NCBI GenBank assembly: GCA_026023565.1
Contig: JAPETS010000031.1
Coordinates: 186,001-250,000 of the forward strand
DNA length: 64,000 nt
Origin: Cirrosporium novae-zelandiae
Taxonomy: Eukaryota
Direction: 5' to 3'
Positions 25,173 through 39,254 of this stretch are shown piece by piece. A program made the position numbers and the translations under genes. The notes under the pieces were generated by a model, which saw only the letters and a list, made by a program, of their open reading frames with translations, ran no database searches and was not told the origin of the DNA. Every line of letters starts with the position of its first letter. Within the stretch, counting starts at the first letter, position 1.

Positions 25173-28100
25173 TTAATTTGGTTTTCTATGTTTTGGCCTT
25201 ATGAAAGGATCCGCTTCTTTATTCCTTCGTATGATTTTACGTGGCCCATTTGGATTTGGGTTTATCTACACCAGTCAGCCTAGAAAAATCAAATTTACTT
25301 TCTTACTTACCCTACGATTGCCATTTACTGAGCTCGAATTAACATTTCCGCCCCTGTTCTGTCCATCTGGCAAATGATGCTTAGGCGCAGTGCTAGCTTC
25401 TGCTGACCCCAAACCTTGAGGCTGTGCGACATTAGAGTCTTGTCGAGAAGCCTGCATTAATAAGTGACTGTTAGTCCTCGGCAACGTACAAAAAGTAATC
25501 TGGCTGTAGCTTACGTTGTGCCCTGGAGCCGATTGGATTGATGATAGTCTAGGAGCCTTTGGGGTATTTCCAGGAGGTGAACCTCTTCGCTTGCGTTTCC
25601 AGTGATCATTGGGCCTCCTTTGATTGTCCTCACCAGGAGGCGGTGTCTTTCGAGTCGCTATGATTTGTGGGACTTTTGGATCATGATCATCGGGATGTCT
25701 GTTATTAGTCTGATATATTGATGTTCTTTGTTTATACCGCCGGTGGTCCTCTTCTTCTCTTCGAACCCTTTGCTTTTCTTCCTTTGAAAGAGAGTTTCTT
25801 GAAGCGCACAAAGGTGCATTGTGACCAAATTTGCCACATTCAAAGCAACGTTCCGCGTTGCAACGCCTTTTCTGATGAGATGGATCGCCACATCTGTGGC
25901 AAGCGCCAAACGCGGCTTGCCGTGCTTCAATGTTATCGCATGTGTTTGAAAAATGCTCAAAACTTCCGCAGAGCCCACAAGCTTGTGCTGTATCCAAACC
26001 ATAATATCCACCTGAAGCATTAGCAACACCAGATGGTCTCTCTAAACCATATGCGCTTAGCTGTTTGGAATCTACTTGTCGTGATACCTCGTTAGGCAAT
26101 GGACTGTAAGCAGGAGTTGGTACAGAATCCTTCCCGGAGCTACTTTTTGATGACACTTGCTCGGGTGGAGGAGCATCAATCATCTCAACGTCCTCAATGA
26201 GATCAGCTGCGGTCAGTAATGGCTTGCTGAAGAGTTTGATTAAGTCGCCATCGGTATATCGATCCCGCTGCTTTGCATCGAGGATAAGTTTTCCCCAGAA
26301 TTCTCCCTGCATCAGACTTGAGGAATTACCCAAAACCCATAGAGAACATTTAGCTCTTGTCAGACCGACGTTCATTCGTCTGATGTCGTTCAAGAAACCG
26401 ATACCCTTGGAAGAGGAAGCACGGACACACGAGAAAATGATGACCTCACTTTCTCGGCCTTGGAAAGCATCAGTGGTATTGAATTCAACATTGGAGAGGA
26501 TGGATTCCCCAAATCTCTGCGCGAAACGCATACGCAACTCCTTTAACTGACTTTTGTATGGAGTAATTATTCCAACTTTACCAGAAAAATTGTATTTTCC
26601 ACAATCCGAAACGAGGCGGTTGTAGAGCTGAAGAGCGACATTCACTTCGGTAATATTGATTAGTGAATGACCTTTTGGTGCTGTCTGCTGTTGACCTTTC
26701 ACATCAAAGAATCTATATGGACCCAGGACCGAGCTATTATGCCAAGGTCGTTTCCTCAGGTTCGCCATACTAGGGCCATCGAGAAGCCTACTGTCATAGA
26801 ATGCCTGACTAGGAAAAGCACTGATTTCGGGATGCATTCGATATTGAGTATCCAGTAGATGCACGTCCGAAGGATGGTTGACTTGCATACGAACGAACAA
26901 ACTCTGTTCATATTGAAAGCGGGCTGCTTCTCTGGATAGCACAGTCGGGGGTAATTGCTTGGGGTCACCGACCAAAATACACTTTGAGCATCCGTATTTG
27001 AGAGGGATAAGAGCACTAAGCTCGATGGATTGAGCTGCTTCGTCGATAATTACAGTTTCAAATTCAATACTGAGGTTCTGGAACATTTCGTGTCCACTCC
27101 CGCTTAGAGTCGCACAAATAACATGAGCACCATCAAGTATTTCTTGCTGCACACGTCTGCGGTTTATCTCCGCATCTCTAGCGGCGGTATTACTGTTATC
27201 GCGAGCATTATCAATCTCTTGGCCGAGAAGGGCCTTCTTGCGTTTAAGAAGGTCAAATTCACGCTCCTTCTCGTGATCTACCGCCTTTCCCTTTGCTTTG
27301 CACTCATCAAGTACGGCGCGGACCATATTGAGAGCCTCCGAAGTCGCTTTATGCTCCATCATTATCGCATGGATATCCTTCTTCTGCTCGAGCTTCTTGC
27401 CGTTGACTATATTGAGTTTGGCATTGACAAGCTCATCCAAAGTCACATCAACAACGCTCGAATTTATAACGTCTGTTCTTCCGAGGCGAATTAATGATAG
27501 CTTTTGGGATTTGCCGGTTAATGTTTTAACCCCCTCTTTAAGTCTCATGACCAATTCATCCACAGCAGCATTACTTGGAGCACACACGAGCAGCTTCTTC
27601 GATGGTGCTGGAGCGGGCTTTGCGGTCCCAAGTCCACCGGGTTGAAGAATTTTAGTGGCCTCATTTCCTCCTAGTGTATGAGTCAAAAGCGCACCAACGA
27701 TACCAACGATGGTCTTTGTCTTGCCAGATCCGGGCGGCCTATATTTTTTAGTAATAATTTCAAATATAACTATAGAAACACGTACCCTTGAATTAATGTG
27801 AAGGCATCGTTATCCACAGCGGATTTCACAGCCTTTGCTTGTGCTACATTGACATTGTAATTACTTACAATTGGAGCTAGCTGCTGGTCGGAATAGTCGA
27901 GGAGGGGGGATGGTTTAGCTCTTATAATCTCCTCGCATAAATCATAATATTGTAAGCCAACCAAGGCACCATATTCACGCTCTAGGGGGGTAATTGATGT
28001 GATTTTTACTCCGTGTACAAGGGAATTTGGCGCTAGAGATGATATCAAAGGATTCCCTGGTTTGATTCGGTAAGAAATCTCCATAACACCCTTTTTGCGG

Positions 28101-31100
28101 CTTATGTTCGAAATCCTAGCGAGGCAATGGGGTTCATGTGCTGCTGCTGTGGGATTCTCAGCTTTGGAAAGTAAAATAATATCCGCCTCACCAATCCCAA
28201 GCTCTCTCCCATCAGCCAGAGTCATGGTTGAGATAACCTCCACAAAAGAGTCAACAGAAACTCGGCTAGAAACTCTGACCTCAAAGGGTTTGAAGTTACC
28301 CTCTTCTTTGGCTTTTAGTAAACCCTGCCATGCTTCGAGTACGAGTAGTGGCTGAAATGTCTGCTGATATTCTATAGGATGTTTAAAGGTGCTGGTGACA
28401 AGGCTGTAATCCGTTGATTCGGAATGTGGTGGGAACTCGCCATTTGCAAAAAACTCCCAAGATAAAATTGTCCTGTGGAGTGTCGATAGGTCCGGAGCAA
28501 GCCTAGCACGCATATCCTTGGCTGATCGTACTATTTTCTTCTTTTTTACAGGGCCAGCTTGGCGAATCTGCTTGAGCGACTGAAGCTTGCTCTCCCGGTA
28601 AGCCTTGAAATTCTCCGAAAGCTTGGAACCTTGGTCTGCCATGCCAAAAAGTTCACGATCCATCTCATCCTCCGAGTCAGACTCTGAGTCTGATGAGACC
28701 ATCATAGTAGAGCCATGAGGAGTATGGTCTTTGCCCTTTACTCCCAACCCAGTTAGACTTGAACCTTCCCCAGCCTCTGCAGATGAAGCATGTTTCTTGA
28801 GACGAGCGAGTTCTTGGGCATCGCGGAGCCTTTTGGCTTCCTTCTCCCTTTCCCTTTTCTCCTTGAAGGATTTCATATTGTTTGCATTAAGCTGGACAGG
28901 CTTCTGGAAGCCTTTAAGAGCCGTCAGACCACTACGAGTTGGTAAGCTTACGGACGAAGGATGTCGGATTTTCGTTACATCTGAGGCATGTCGTTTGGGC
29001 AACTCGCCGGAAAATGTCGACGTTTTATTTTCCGGTTCATCGGCTATGGTGATGATATCTCGGTGCTCCTTTGCTTTTGAACGCCATGCTTCAAGATCGA
29101 TGGTGGCATTCTTTCCTCGAGTCTTGCCCAAACGAGAGGAGTCAACTGCCTTTAGATCTAATGTAGTACCTTCCCCTCCCCCAGGAGTGATGCTTCCACT
29201 CTCACCGCCTCTGTGATCGTTTACAGCCCTCTGCAATTCAGCCTTCTGCGTAGCGCTTAGAATGGTCTTGACCCCATTATTGCATGCCTTTTCGATAAAA
29301 TTCAAAGGCTCATCATCAATGTCCATATTTAGTGCTTCGAACCTTCCCAGTAACTTTCTGAGGAGTTTAACAAGCGTGGCAGCAAGATACTCATCGCGGA
29401 GCCGAAGCCATCTAACCATGACGCTGATAGTTTTCGACGTGTGATGCAACAACTCAGCACCGGTAGAGCTTAGATGCATGTCCTGATCAACGCTTGTTTT
29501 ATCCTTGGGGTCTGTCGAGTCACCGATATTAGCGAAAAGATCATATTGCTCGAAGAAACGTTCAGCAAACTGCATAGTGTCTCGACAGAATTCAGTCATT
29601 GTCTCTTTATCGCTTTGTCGGATGCTCCAGGCTTCTGTTTCTTCGAAGATGACGGTAAGTTCCTGCCAATTGTAATGCCAGAAATTTTTGATTGCTTGGA
29701 CCTCTCGAGAATTTGTACGATCTGCTCTCAAGATTCCATTTTGCGAATCGCAAAGGATTTCTAAAACGTCGGTAGAGGTCTTGAGCATACGAGGAGCAGG
29801 AGCAAATGATCGCTTGCGGGAGATGCGACGAAGACACCACGAAAAGCAATCCAATGTTGTGGAAAAAAAGGTATTGAGGAGATATGCAATTGCTTCTCGC
29901 CTGCCTGATTGACCACTGATATTTTTAATCACGTTCACGCCTGCCTGGTAAGTATCTAAATCAGGAGAAAATAAAGCAGAAATTATAGAAGATCCAGTAT
30001 CTTGAGTACTGAATAAGTTGTGTAATCGCTCTGGCCTGAAATCTGCAAATTTCTCAAATAGTTGACTTACCATTCGCGTTAAATTCTCAAGAGTCGTATT
30101 AAATTGAGTTCGTTCCTTGAGATTTTCCTGAGTTTTCTTCACGCTGAACATTTCGAGACCAACCAGTTCTCTGATTCCCAGCAAGGCAGCAGTAGCCAAA
30201 GGTATATTATTATCATTAAGTTCGGTCACCACATTATACCAAACGATTTGAGAGTAGGAAGTGATGCCCAGATGTGCATCCTTCTGGAATAGTAACGAAT
30301 CCTGATCGGCTTTCAATGCCTTGCATTCAAGACTAAGAGCGTTGCGTACGACGTCCATGGCCAATGGCGTAAGAACATTGTCATTCGGATCGCCAACTAA
30401 ACATCTAAAATCAACAAGAATTAGACGAATATGATTACCGACAATATCCAAGGTATCAGAGATGGCGATCCGTCCAACCGATGTCTTAAGAATCTCGTCA
30501 TCAGAGAGGTTTTGAACCATCTGGAGTAAAAGAGAGAACCCAATCCGGCAGCACTGTAGTCTAGTTTGCTTGCTAAACCGTTCATTTTGAAAGCGGACAA
30601 GTAACTGGGAAAGCATGGTCCTGCATGCTGGAGGTTGATTGGTGGGTTTTATAGAAGACATGAATGGCTCAATCCACAAAAGCATATCCTTTGCTGAGGG
30701 CCTTTGGAAACCATCATCGAGAGGTTCACCAACAGTTTCGTCAGGATTCTCACCCAAAACCCTCACAAACCGAGGGTTGTTGAAAATCTGCTCAAGGACG
30801 GTGGTTGGGGATATTGCCCCCATAGCATCCCAAAAGTCTTCTGCCGCCGTCGAAAGCAGACTTTGAACGGTAATCAGGAGATCTCTTAGCAACCCCGAAT
30901 CAAATTGCATATGGTCTAATGCTAGGCGGCAAACGTCCACATCAAGTGCACGCAAAGAATGCCTTATGAGATCCTTGTTCAATCGTGGAATTATCAATCT
31001 CAAACCTCTCCATAAGGGTTCTAGTACGTTGGCGAGGTTTTCTGACTGAGAAGCCCTACGCAAAGCGTCGTGGAGAGGTTCCTTGATTGCAAAATCGAAG

Positions 31101-31939
31101 TCATCCTTAGTGGGATCACGTTGAAAGTGCTCCCAAGACCACTTTGCCCATGTGTAGCGGTAGTTGTCAGAGGTGAAGAGGAACCAGCTCGCAGCTGGGA
31201 TATAGTCTCCCAATGTCAGTAGCTTCTTTCTTTGGACGAGTTGAAAAACTTCTGTGAAAGGATCTCGGAGAAGTTCATCATTGCGGAGAAAGGCCTCGCA
31301 TGTGAGAGCTTCAAAGAGCGCGAATATCTGGGGTTGACTTAAAAGAGTGAGACGACATTGAGATGGCGAGTATTCTCGAAGAGTGCAAAGGGCACTAGTG
31401 AGATTACTCTTGATTCGTCCCATATCATTCTCGTCGAAGATTTGAAAAAGCCGATCAACGTCTTCTTCATCATTTTCACTAATTGATCAGCACAACAAAC
31501 TCTTCTATAGAATAAAGATTAAGAGCTTACTTTAGAAGCTGTTCCTTGAATGGTTTTTTACCCTTGTAATATCCCCGTATGCAAGCATCACACATGCTTA
31601 ATTGGCTGTCTAGGCGACTCTGGAGATACGCCTGAATGCCTTTTGCATGTGTACTTTGTCGGGCAAAAATCTGAAGGCATTTGAAAAAGAGATCTTTCCT
31701 CTTTTCAACTTCTTCAGAGCTCTGCCATCTCTTCTTGGTTGCAGGATCAATACCATCCTTGCCCTCATTGTTATGTTTGTCATCGTCGTTTGTATCCGTC
31801 CATTGTGGGCAAAACAGGTGTATTTCGGCTGGATAAGATTGGAGAGTACTAGGGCACACATAATATGTATTAGCTACGAAGAACATTCTGACTGGATATG
31901 TCCTTACTTGAAATCCTTAATCAGTTCGTCGTCCGCCAT
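25173..31939 (-). CDS. SEN1: Sen1/senataxin Upf1-like SF1 RNA/DNA helicase
   Basis: Large N-terminal domain; Walker A split by an intron (LIQG|PPGSGKT); CAPSNAAVDE, DEAAQ, GDPKQLPP, QYRMHP, DAFQGRE and RRMNVGLTRAK motifs. Start MADDELIKDF at 31939; end ..EADPFIRPKHRKPN* at 25173. Confidence 0.96.
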
Positions 31940-32451
31940 GATGAACGGAGCCTCAGGTTGATTGGTGATGCAATGTTCAAACAGTCTAAGGGGAGGATGT
32001 GCATTCCTATTCTGTTGTTTTGGGATCCATGAACTGAAAATAAGGACTCAGAATGTCAACAACTTGTTGCTGTGGAAGTGAAGGTAGACTGAGCAGTGGT
32101 CTGCTGGGCGATCCCCACGCGCAGCAGAGCCAGTGCTCTCACAAATTTCAGTAGGAACTCAGAGCTACAGCGGATTGCCCATCTGATTACATTCACTTGA
32201 AGAGAGCAACCAAGAATTTCCTTCCTTGTAAACAACCACGGTTATAGAGAGACTAATAGGTAGCTGGTGGACGCGACATGAAGACCTGAGGTTGTTCGTT
32301 CTCAAATTAAATCCATTAGTTAAGTAGGCAATTAAGGTAGTGACGACACGCGAATCAAATTAAGAATTAAGAGCTAGTTACGTTAGGCCTCAGTGATACT
32401 GTGGTACTCCCTAGAAAAAAATAAACAGCCAACTCCTGACTGTAACGTGAC

Positions 32452-32495
32452 TACTGACTGCTGACTGCTGACTGCTGACTACTCGAGTACTGACT
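32452..32495. repeat. (CTGACTG/A)n heptamer tandem repeat
   Basis: ctgactg ctgactg ctgactg ctgacta ... visible between SEN1 and the flippase. Confidence 0.85.
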
Positions 32496-33061
32496 ACAAA
32501 CTTATAATTAGCTACGTGGGAAATAAACACAAGCTTGACAAAAGCTAAGGTGATTTCTAGCTAAATTTATCATCATCTATCGCCGAAAAACGCTAGACGT
32601 TCTTATCGCCTTCAAGGGATATGATGGAAACTATCTGCATCTGTTTTATGATTCTAAAATACAATCATCATCGAGTACTCCCAGTTCTTTCCACAACCCG
32701 TGGACAAAATAATTACATGTATGATGGGGAAATGGTCGTCGTCTGCCCCACCAAGAGGCGGCCTCTCAAGTCTAATACAAAGAAATTCTCAGGCCATTCA
32801 GTGTCAAACGAGAATTTTAAGCCTCCAGTTTTCGAAGTAATAAAAGGCCTCAGGCCAGTAATGAGAACCGACCCCCAATAGTCAAAACAAAAAAAAATCA
32901 AACCAACCTTGGCAATGTAGGTATAGAGAAAACATCACCGAAAAACGCCTGTCCATGCAATTGCAAAGAGATTCTATATATCGCTCATGCCAAATGAACG
33001 TGAGGTCAAAATCATAATCCTTCTCTGCAAGGAAGACCTATCAAAACAAAGAGATACGTGG

Positions 33062-36000
33062 CTATCGCGGCGCCTGGGAGCTAGAATTTCGTTTGGTAGC
33101 ACATTGTGTGGACTCCAGTCGAGCAAGAAGTGCGGCTGAAGTAAAGTCATTGCTGGCCTCAAAACTTGGACGAACTCTGTCCATGGAAGCTCGGATCCTA
33201 TCAAAGGACGGCCGCGCACGATCATAAGACGGTCTTGCCCGATCATAAGACGGTCTCGCTCGATCAAGAGATGGCCGTGCACGATCGCAAGACGGTCGGG
33301 TAGGATCGAAGGAAGGCCTGGTTGGATTATCTATAGATTGAGTAAACCCTGTGTACTCCGTTCCATCGCTGCCATTCTGGCTTCGAGGATTATGCGTTGT
33401 TCCTGTTGGTGCTGTTGATGGAGGGTATATCGGTCGCTCATCCTCTGCCTCGTCTAGTTGTGCCTGTTTGGACTTTGGATCAATGGCCTTTGAGATTTCC
33501 GATGAAGATGCCGATGATATCTTATTGGGCGTTGCTGAAGCTTGATAAGTTTCAAGATAATCAAATTTCCCTTGTCTAATCTGCTCGCGGATAACATCAA
33601 CATCATATGGCATGTAGAGTTTCTGGAAAGCTTTCGCAGCAAATCTAGGAAGCAGGCAGATAATGACGGTTAAGAGGGTAAGCGCCCAAAATGATAATTG
33701 CCCAAAGACCTCGGGGGCCGCCTTGTAAAATGATCCCGAATAAGTAGTCGTTGTGAATACGCCAGTCCAGAACCAAACCAGAAGTATGCTGATCGACACA
33801 AGAAGCACCATCAACCAATCCCAACGGTATGTATTCATGAGAACATAAACATTGACAACAATCACGGCTGCACAGCAAACGTAGACACCAACTCGTGAAC
33901 GATCGCTAATGTCTAGGCCATTGAATGTTACGGAGGTAGCTGGGCGGAAGACCAAATATGCCATAAAGAAGCATATGACTGATTGATAAGCACCATCCAA
34001 CATGTAGATCCAAAACTTCCAAGGCGTCCACTCTTTACGCTCGATGCCTCTCCTGTATAATTGCGGAACAGCAAGTGAAACTTTATCGCTGACATCCTGA
34101 TCCAGGACACCCATGCAGATGACAGGTAATGAGCTGAATGCCAGGTTATACAGAAGAATGTATGTGTAATCGAAGAGGTACGATAGGTCAAAATTCGTGT
34201 ATATCGAATACCAGAAAAGAGTGAATGTCCAGACAATATTCTACTTTGGTCAGCAATCTGTTTAAAGGCCGTTCTTAGAGATAGGACTTACCTTGTAGAA
34301 AAAGTTAGCAATCGTCTCGCCTAACCGGCGATAAGACCATCGTCCGTGTACAAGCACAAGGCGTTGTAAGTAACGGAATTGGCCAACAGCATAATCCGAG
34401 GACATCACAGCTTGTCGACCTTCTTCACCTGCAATACCCACACCGACGTCGGCCTCTTGGATCATGGCTACATCGTTGGCACCATCCCCAACGGACAATG
34501 TCATAACGTCGAGACCCTGTTTGACCATAGCCACAACGGCTGCTTTTTGGCTTGGACTGACTCTGCAACACAAAACCGATCTACATTGTTTGCAAAGTAG
34601 CAGAAACTTCTGTCGCAGCCTGTCGCCGAGAACAACCCCCAAGGAATCTCCATCAATGACGATAGCATGCGTAGGTCCTGGTGCTCCATGATCTTTCCGT
34701 GCAGCAATTAGCTCCTCATCTGAACCAGTCATATTGAAAACCGATAGGTGTCGATCGAGCTCTGCAGCAGCCATGTCTTCCAGGTTATCGCCTTCAAACT
34801 TGAGAATGATGAGGTCCATGTCATTGTTAAGAAGATTGCACGAAAAGCCGATATTGATTGCAGTTTCCACCTTGTCTCCTGTTAGCACCCAGAGTTTAAT
34901 ACCAGCATCTCCCAACAAAGCAATGGTATCCGGAACACCCTCCTGCAGTCTGTCTTCAATAGCAGTACCACCTAACAAGAACAGTTCACGTTCAATAGTA
35001 TCAGCTACCATTTCGAGCTTGTCTTCCCGATCTTGGACTGCTTCGGCAGCAAGGATATGCTCCTTGTTCCAGTTTTGGTACTCATCTTCGGTCAACTCTC
35101 GCTCAGCTATACACAAGGTCCTAAGACCTTCTCTAGCAAACATTTCCAGGTGTTCTGCCGTGAGCTGCCTCAGTTCGGATTGCTCTCCACGCTTCAGCCG
35201 AGAATAGATCATGCTATCAGCACCCTTGCAGAACAAGATAATTCGTCCATCGGGCATTCGGATAATTGCGCTCATTCTCTTTCTTGATGAGTTGAATTCT
35301 AATGTATTGAGCACCTCGTATTGTCTTTCTTCGCCCAACACATCTAGGATAACCTTGTCGTCCGCTCGACCAAGAACTGTGAAGCCACAGTCTCTAGCAG
35401 TCGAGACCAGCGCGGCCTCATCAGGAGATTGTGCCTTGAACTCGATTTTTGGAGGATCTCCTGGTGTTCTTTCGGTGATGACCGTATGGCAAAGAGCAAG
35501 GGCTACCATAAAGCGCTCATTAGCCTGCCGTTGTTCCTCGCCAGTATCACCTCGCAAATCACTGACAAAGTCAGGGGCAATGAACGTGACATCCTCATCA
35601 TGAAGGTATGGGTTGTTATGTAGTTGTCGGATATTTTCTAACATGACGATCTTGTCTTCCGCTATTTGTTGCTGTACCTTTGCTGCCTCTTCTTCGGTAT
35701 CAACGCCCTCACGACGGCGCATGCCAGCTTGTGCTTCAGTATATGCTTCGCCATATGGAATGCCATTAATGGTACATTTTTTGAATTCCATGACATTTTG
35801 TGTCAAAGTGCCTGTCTTGTCGGAGAAGATGTACTCGATCTGACCCAGATCGTCGGAGATATTCCAAGACTTGGGGGTACATGGATAATCAATCTTTTCG
35901 TAATACATGGATGTATCACTGTAGATAAATAGCGCTTGCAGGGTTTTGATAATCTCGAGGGTAATGAAAAGCGAGATGGGGACCATGTTCTGAAACAGAA

Positions 36001-37743
36001 TAACTGCAGCCCAGAAGGTAACAAATCCATCTAGTGCTGCTGTGCTTGCGTAATTTCCATACTCAAAGTAGTCAAGAGAATTACCCCCTTGACCCCAGGT
36101 TATGCCTTCCACGATACCTGATACTATGCACATGAAGAAAAGTATAGCAAAGTTCCACAAGACAGTCCAGTTAAGTTCACGTTGAATTCTTGACCGCTTG
36201 CTCGGCGTGATTCCAGAATTGAGCATAATCTTGGTTTCACTGCCAGCAAAGACAGCGACTCCCAATATCCACTCGGTATTTCTAAGATTGCAACCGCGGA
36301 GTAAAAGGTTATTGATCGATATTGCCTCAGCCATTTCTTGGGTTGGTGCCTCCGCTTTCTTGGAGTCACGCTGGCTCCATCGAACGACACCGCTATACTG
36401 GTATAGATTTGGTTGAGCAGGCTCGCTTTCAATCGCGAATTCTGTTCTCTCGCAATCGCGAGCATGTCGAATACTACGTCCGCAGTGCAGCGCTTGTCTG
36501 ACCTTGAGGTTAGTTTCTCCATCCAAATTTTTTGTTTCCACATAACAAGCCCCGTCGGGATCCGATGTGGAGAGAATAACAACATCAGCAGGAATAGGCT
36601 CGTCATTGTATATTCGAACAAAGTCTCCAACTTGAATATTTTTCCAATAATCTTTTTTGAATCTAGCTCTTCCGGATACCTCTTTGAATGGATCAATAAC
36701 GGTGCCGTATGATCTCGCTGGGAACCGAATACTGTTCCGTTCTGGACCTTGGATATCTGCTGCAATTAAATCGCCCTTTGGGGGTTGCTCGCTCGCGACG
36801 AGAGTGCCGTTGCTTTCTCGTGAATGGTCTGGGGAATCAGGCGAGGGTATCTGGGTCATCTGAATATTGTCGTGTGCGTCAACACTATGTGTAGATCCCG
36901 CAGTAGGATGAGCATAAAAGGTCGAGGTCCTTCTGGTTCTTCGAGTGCTAATAGAAGCACGAGGTTCATCTGAGCCCCGCTCACCATCCACCTTTTCATC
37001 CTTGGAGCCACGTTCTTTCCACATTTTAAAAACCAACAGCAGTCCTCGGCTGGTAGCTTTCTTGATCCGACGCCAAAGTGAAATATTATCACTTGAAACA
37101 TTGACGTTTTCCCAATCAACTAGTCGGTGGACGGGTGTATTATTGAGTTCGTTGTCTAGAACCGTCCTCCTCCAATCTTCAATTCCATCTTTAACCGCCG
37201 TCACAAAAAGAATCACAATTAGGGGAACCGCATTCAACCCAGGATTTGATGCACCAAATATTGGGAATATCTAGCAGAGTCAATGATGCCCCCCTCGCAG
37301 AAATATGGGGATCATACAGCTAATATAATAAGGAAGAGAAAGTAGACATTGGCGATGTTATGAAATTGGTACCACAGATTTTTGGGAATAAAACTTATTG
37401 GCGTGTACTTTGCTGTTCGGACCTTGTTTCGCCCAAAGCTCTGAGAAGGTCTTCCATCTTCATCTCTTGCATCCTCAGGAAGGGGCACATTGAAATAGAT
37501 CCGTCGTCGTTGGTTTCCCGTGTCGTTTTGAACCGAACCTGCTTCGAGATCCGCCGACCCTTGTCTATAAGACCCGTCTGTTTGACTACTTTTAGAATTC
37601 CTTTTTGCTTCGTTTTGCAGCTTGTCCATGATTGAGCGCCTTTTCCGTCCTCCACCTCTGACCGTGAGTTTTCTTGTAGCCCATCGTATCCGATTTACAG
37701 GATTAGAGACATTACTCTCTTCTTCAGGAGGCGAGACTGCCAT
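33062..37743 (-). CDS. DNF1: P4-ATPase phospholipid flippase, Dnf1/Dnf2 type
   Basis: DGETNLK, PISL, DKTGTLT phosphorylation site, KGAD, TGDKVETA and GDGAND motifs. Introns ~37271-37317 and ~34241-34291. Confidence 0.95.
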
Positions 37744-39254
37744 TAGGGGCAGATATTTGGAGCCTCAACATTCAACGACTGGATTGGTACCGCAACCTCG
37801 GCGCGGTCCAGAACGGCAAGGCCGTTACTTTCGACGTCAAAGATTGTATAATATAACGAATGTAGCCCTATGACAACCTATAAAGCACTTTTTTCTATAG
37901 ATAGAGCGGGGCACGAGTCTCAGTGATGGACCATGCGACGATTTAACGAATGGAATGGACGAAACAGTGGCGTTTGGCGGGTTGTCGAGGGATCGGGTTT
38001 AGAAGGTGACAAAGGCTGAAACCTATGAGAATTATCTTGCTAAATCGAAAGTCCAGGGAAGAGAAGGATAGGATGCGAGGCTCGATGATGATGAAGGTCG
38101 GTATGTTGTGCGACTGCGAAGGTATTATTATTATTATTAATGGGGGGACAACGGTACCGAAGCTGACAGAATTACTAACGTTACTAGTTCGATACGCGGC
38201 AATTGCGACAGGTTCCGGGTAGACAGGCTGAAGGTGAAGGTCTTGAATAGCGTTGAATGAGAGGGGAAGTATGATGAGGTATTAATGGAGTGGGAGAGAT
38301 TTTGTGTAGGAGTGTAAGGGAAATAATGGTAGGCAAAGGTTAGATGATCAGAGCAAAATACACAGTAATCAATCATCAATGCCAAAGCGGGCTTTTTTTG
38401 GGGGAGGGGGCGTGTACTTTCTTGTTTGTCCCGTCTAGTTTAGTCCACAGTAATGAATTGGTCTGCCTGGCACGACGGAGGAGGCTTGCGCTTCCTCGGG
38501 ATCGGCACGGAGAAAGGACGACGGTCCCTCAAGACCAAAAATACACACCTAGAATACACTCACTGTATGTAATGATAAATCAGAAGGAACCAAGAGGTTA
38601 AACTACCAATTAATTAATTAATATAATATGTTCTTTTTTTGTTCGTCTTGGAGTTGAGCTTAACTGAGATGAGGAAAGCAGCGAGAAGCTGAACCAAAGA
38701 AGTAAGTAATTAGTTTATTACCATGAATCCATTAATTACGAGATAGGGCTGAAAAATCTGAATTACTCGAGTACTCGGTAAGCTGGTACGTACCACTCTA
38801 CCATCCATCTATACATCTTTTCATACATACAAACACCGTAGTAGTATTTTAACAGATGTTGCTGACGAAGGCCGATTAGCTCTCCTTTACATATTTCGAG
38901 ACCGAAAATTCCACAGTAATATACTTGTACTGTGTAAGCGCGTAAGCCTCAAGGTTTGCCCAAATGCTTACCTTAACTTTGTTCCACACTTCCTCTTGCA
39001 CACGTCATGCTGCACTCAGAATCCCAGTATTTACTGATGTGGTATTGTATATTGTGCCTATCTAAGTAATCCTTGAGATTATAATGAAGTCTTCACTAGA
39101 TATAATTGAGATAATAGTCCAAAGATATTTGTGAAAGTTGTCCATAAAGAATAAATAGCCAAGGTTCATGGTAAATTATCTCGTACTTCGTACTTTGTAC
39201 TTTGTGACTACACAATACATGCTTATCAATCAAAATTGGTACATGAAGTTATGC

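Noticed and set aside
25806..25979. CCHC knuckles as a retrotransposon gag insertion
   Set aside because: They are in frame within SEN1, with no LTR, capsid, protease or RT nearby.
38860..38915. Hammerhead-like CTGACGA ... GAAA
   Set aside because: Stem II would need an A-C closing pair, and no convincing stems I or III are present.
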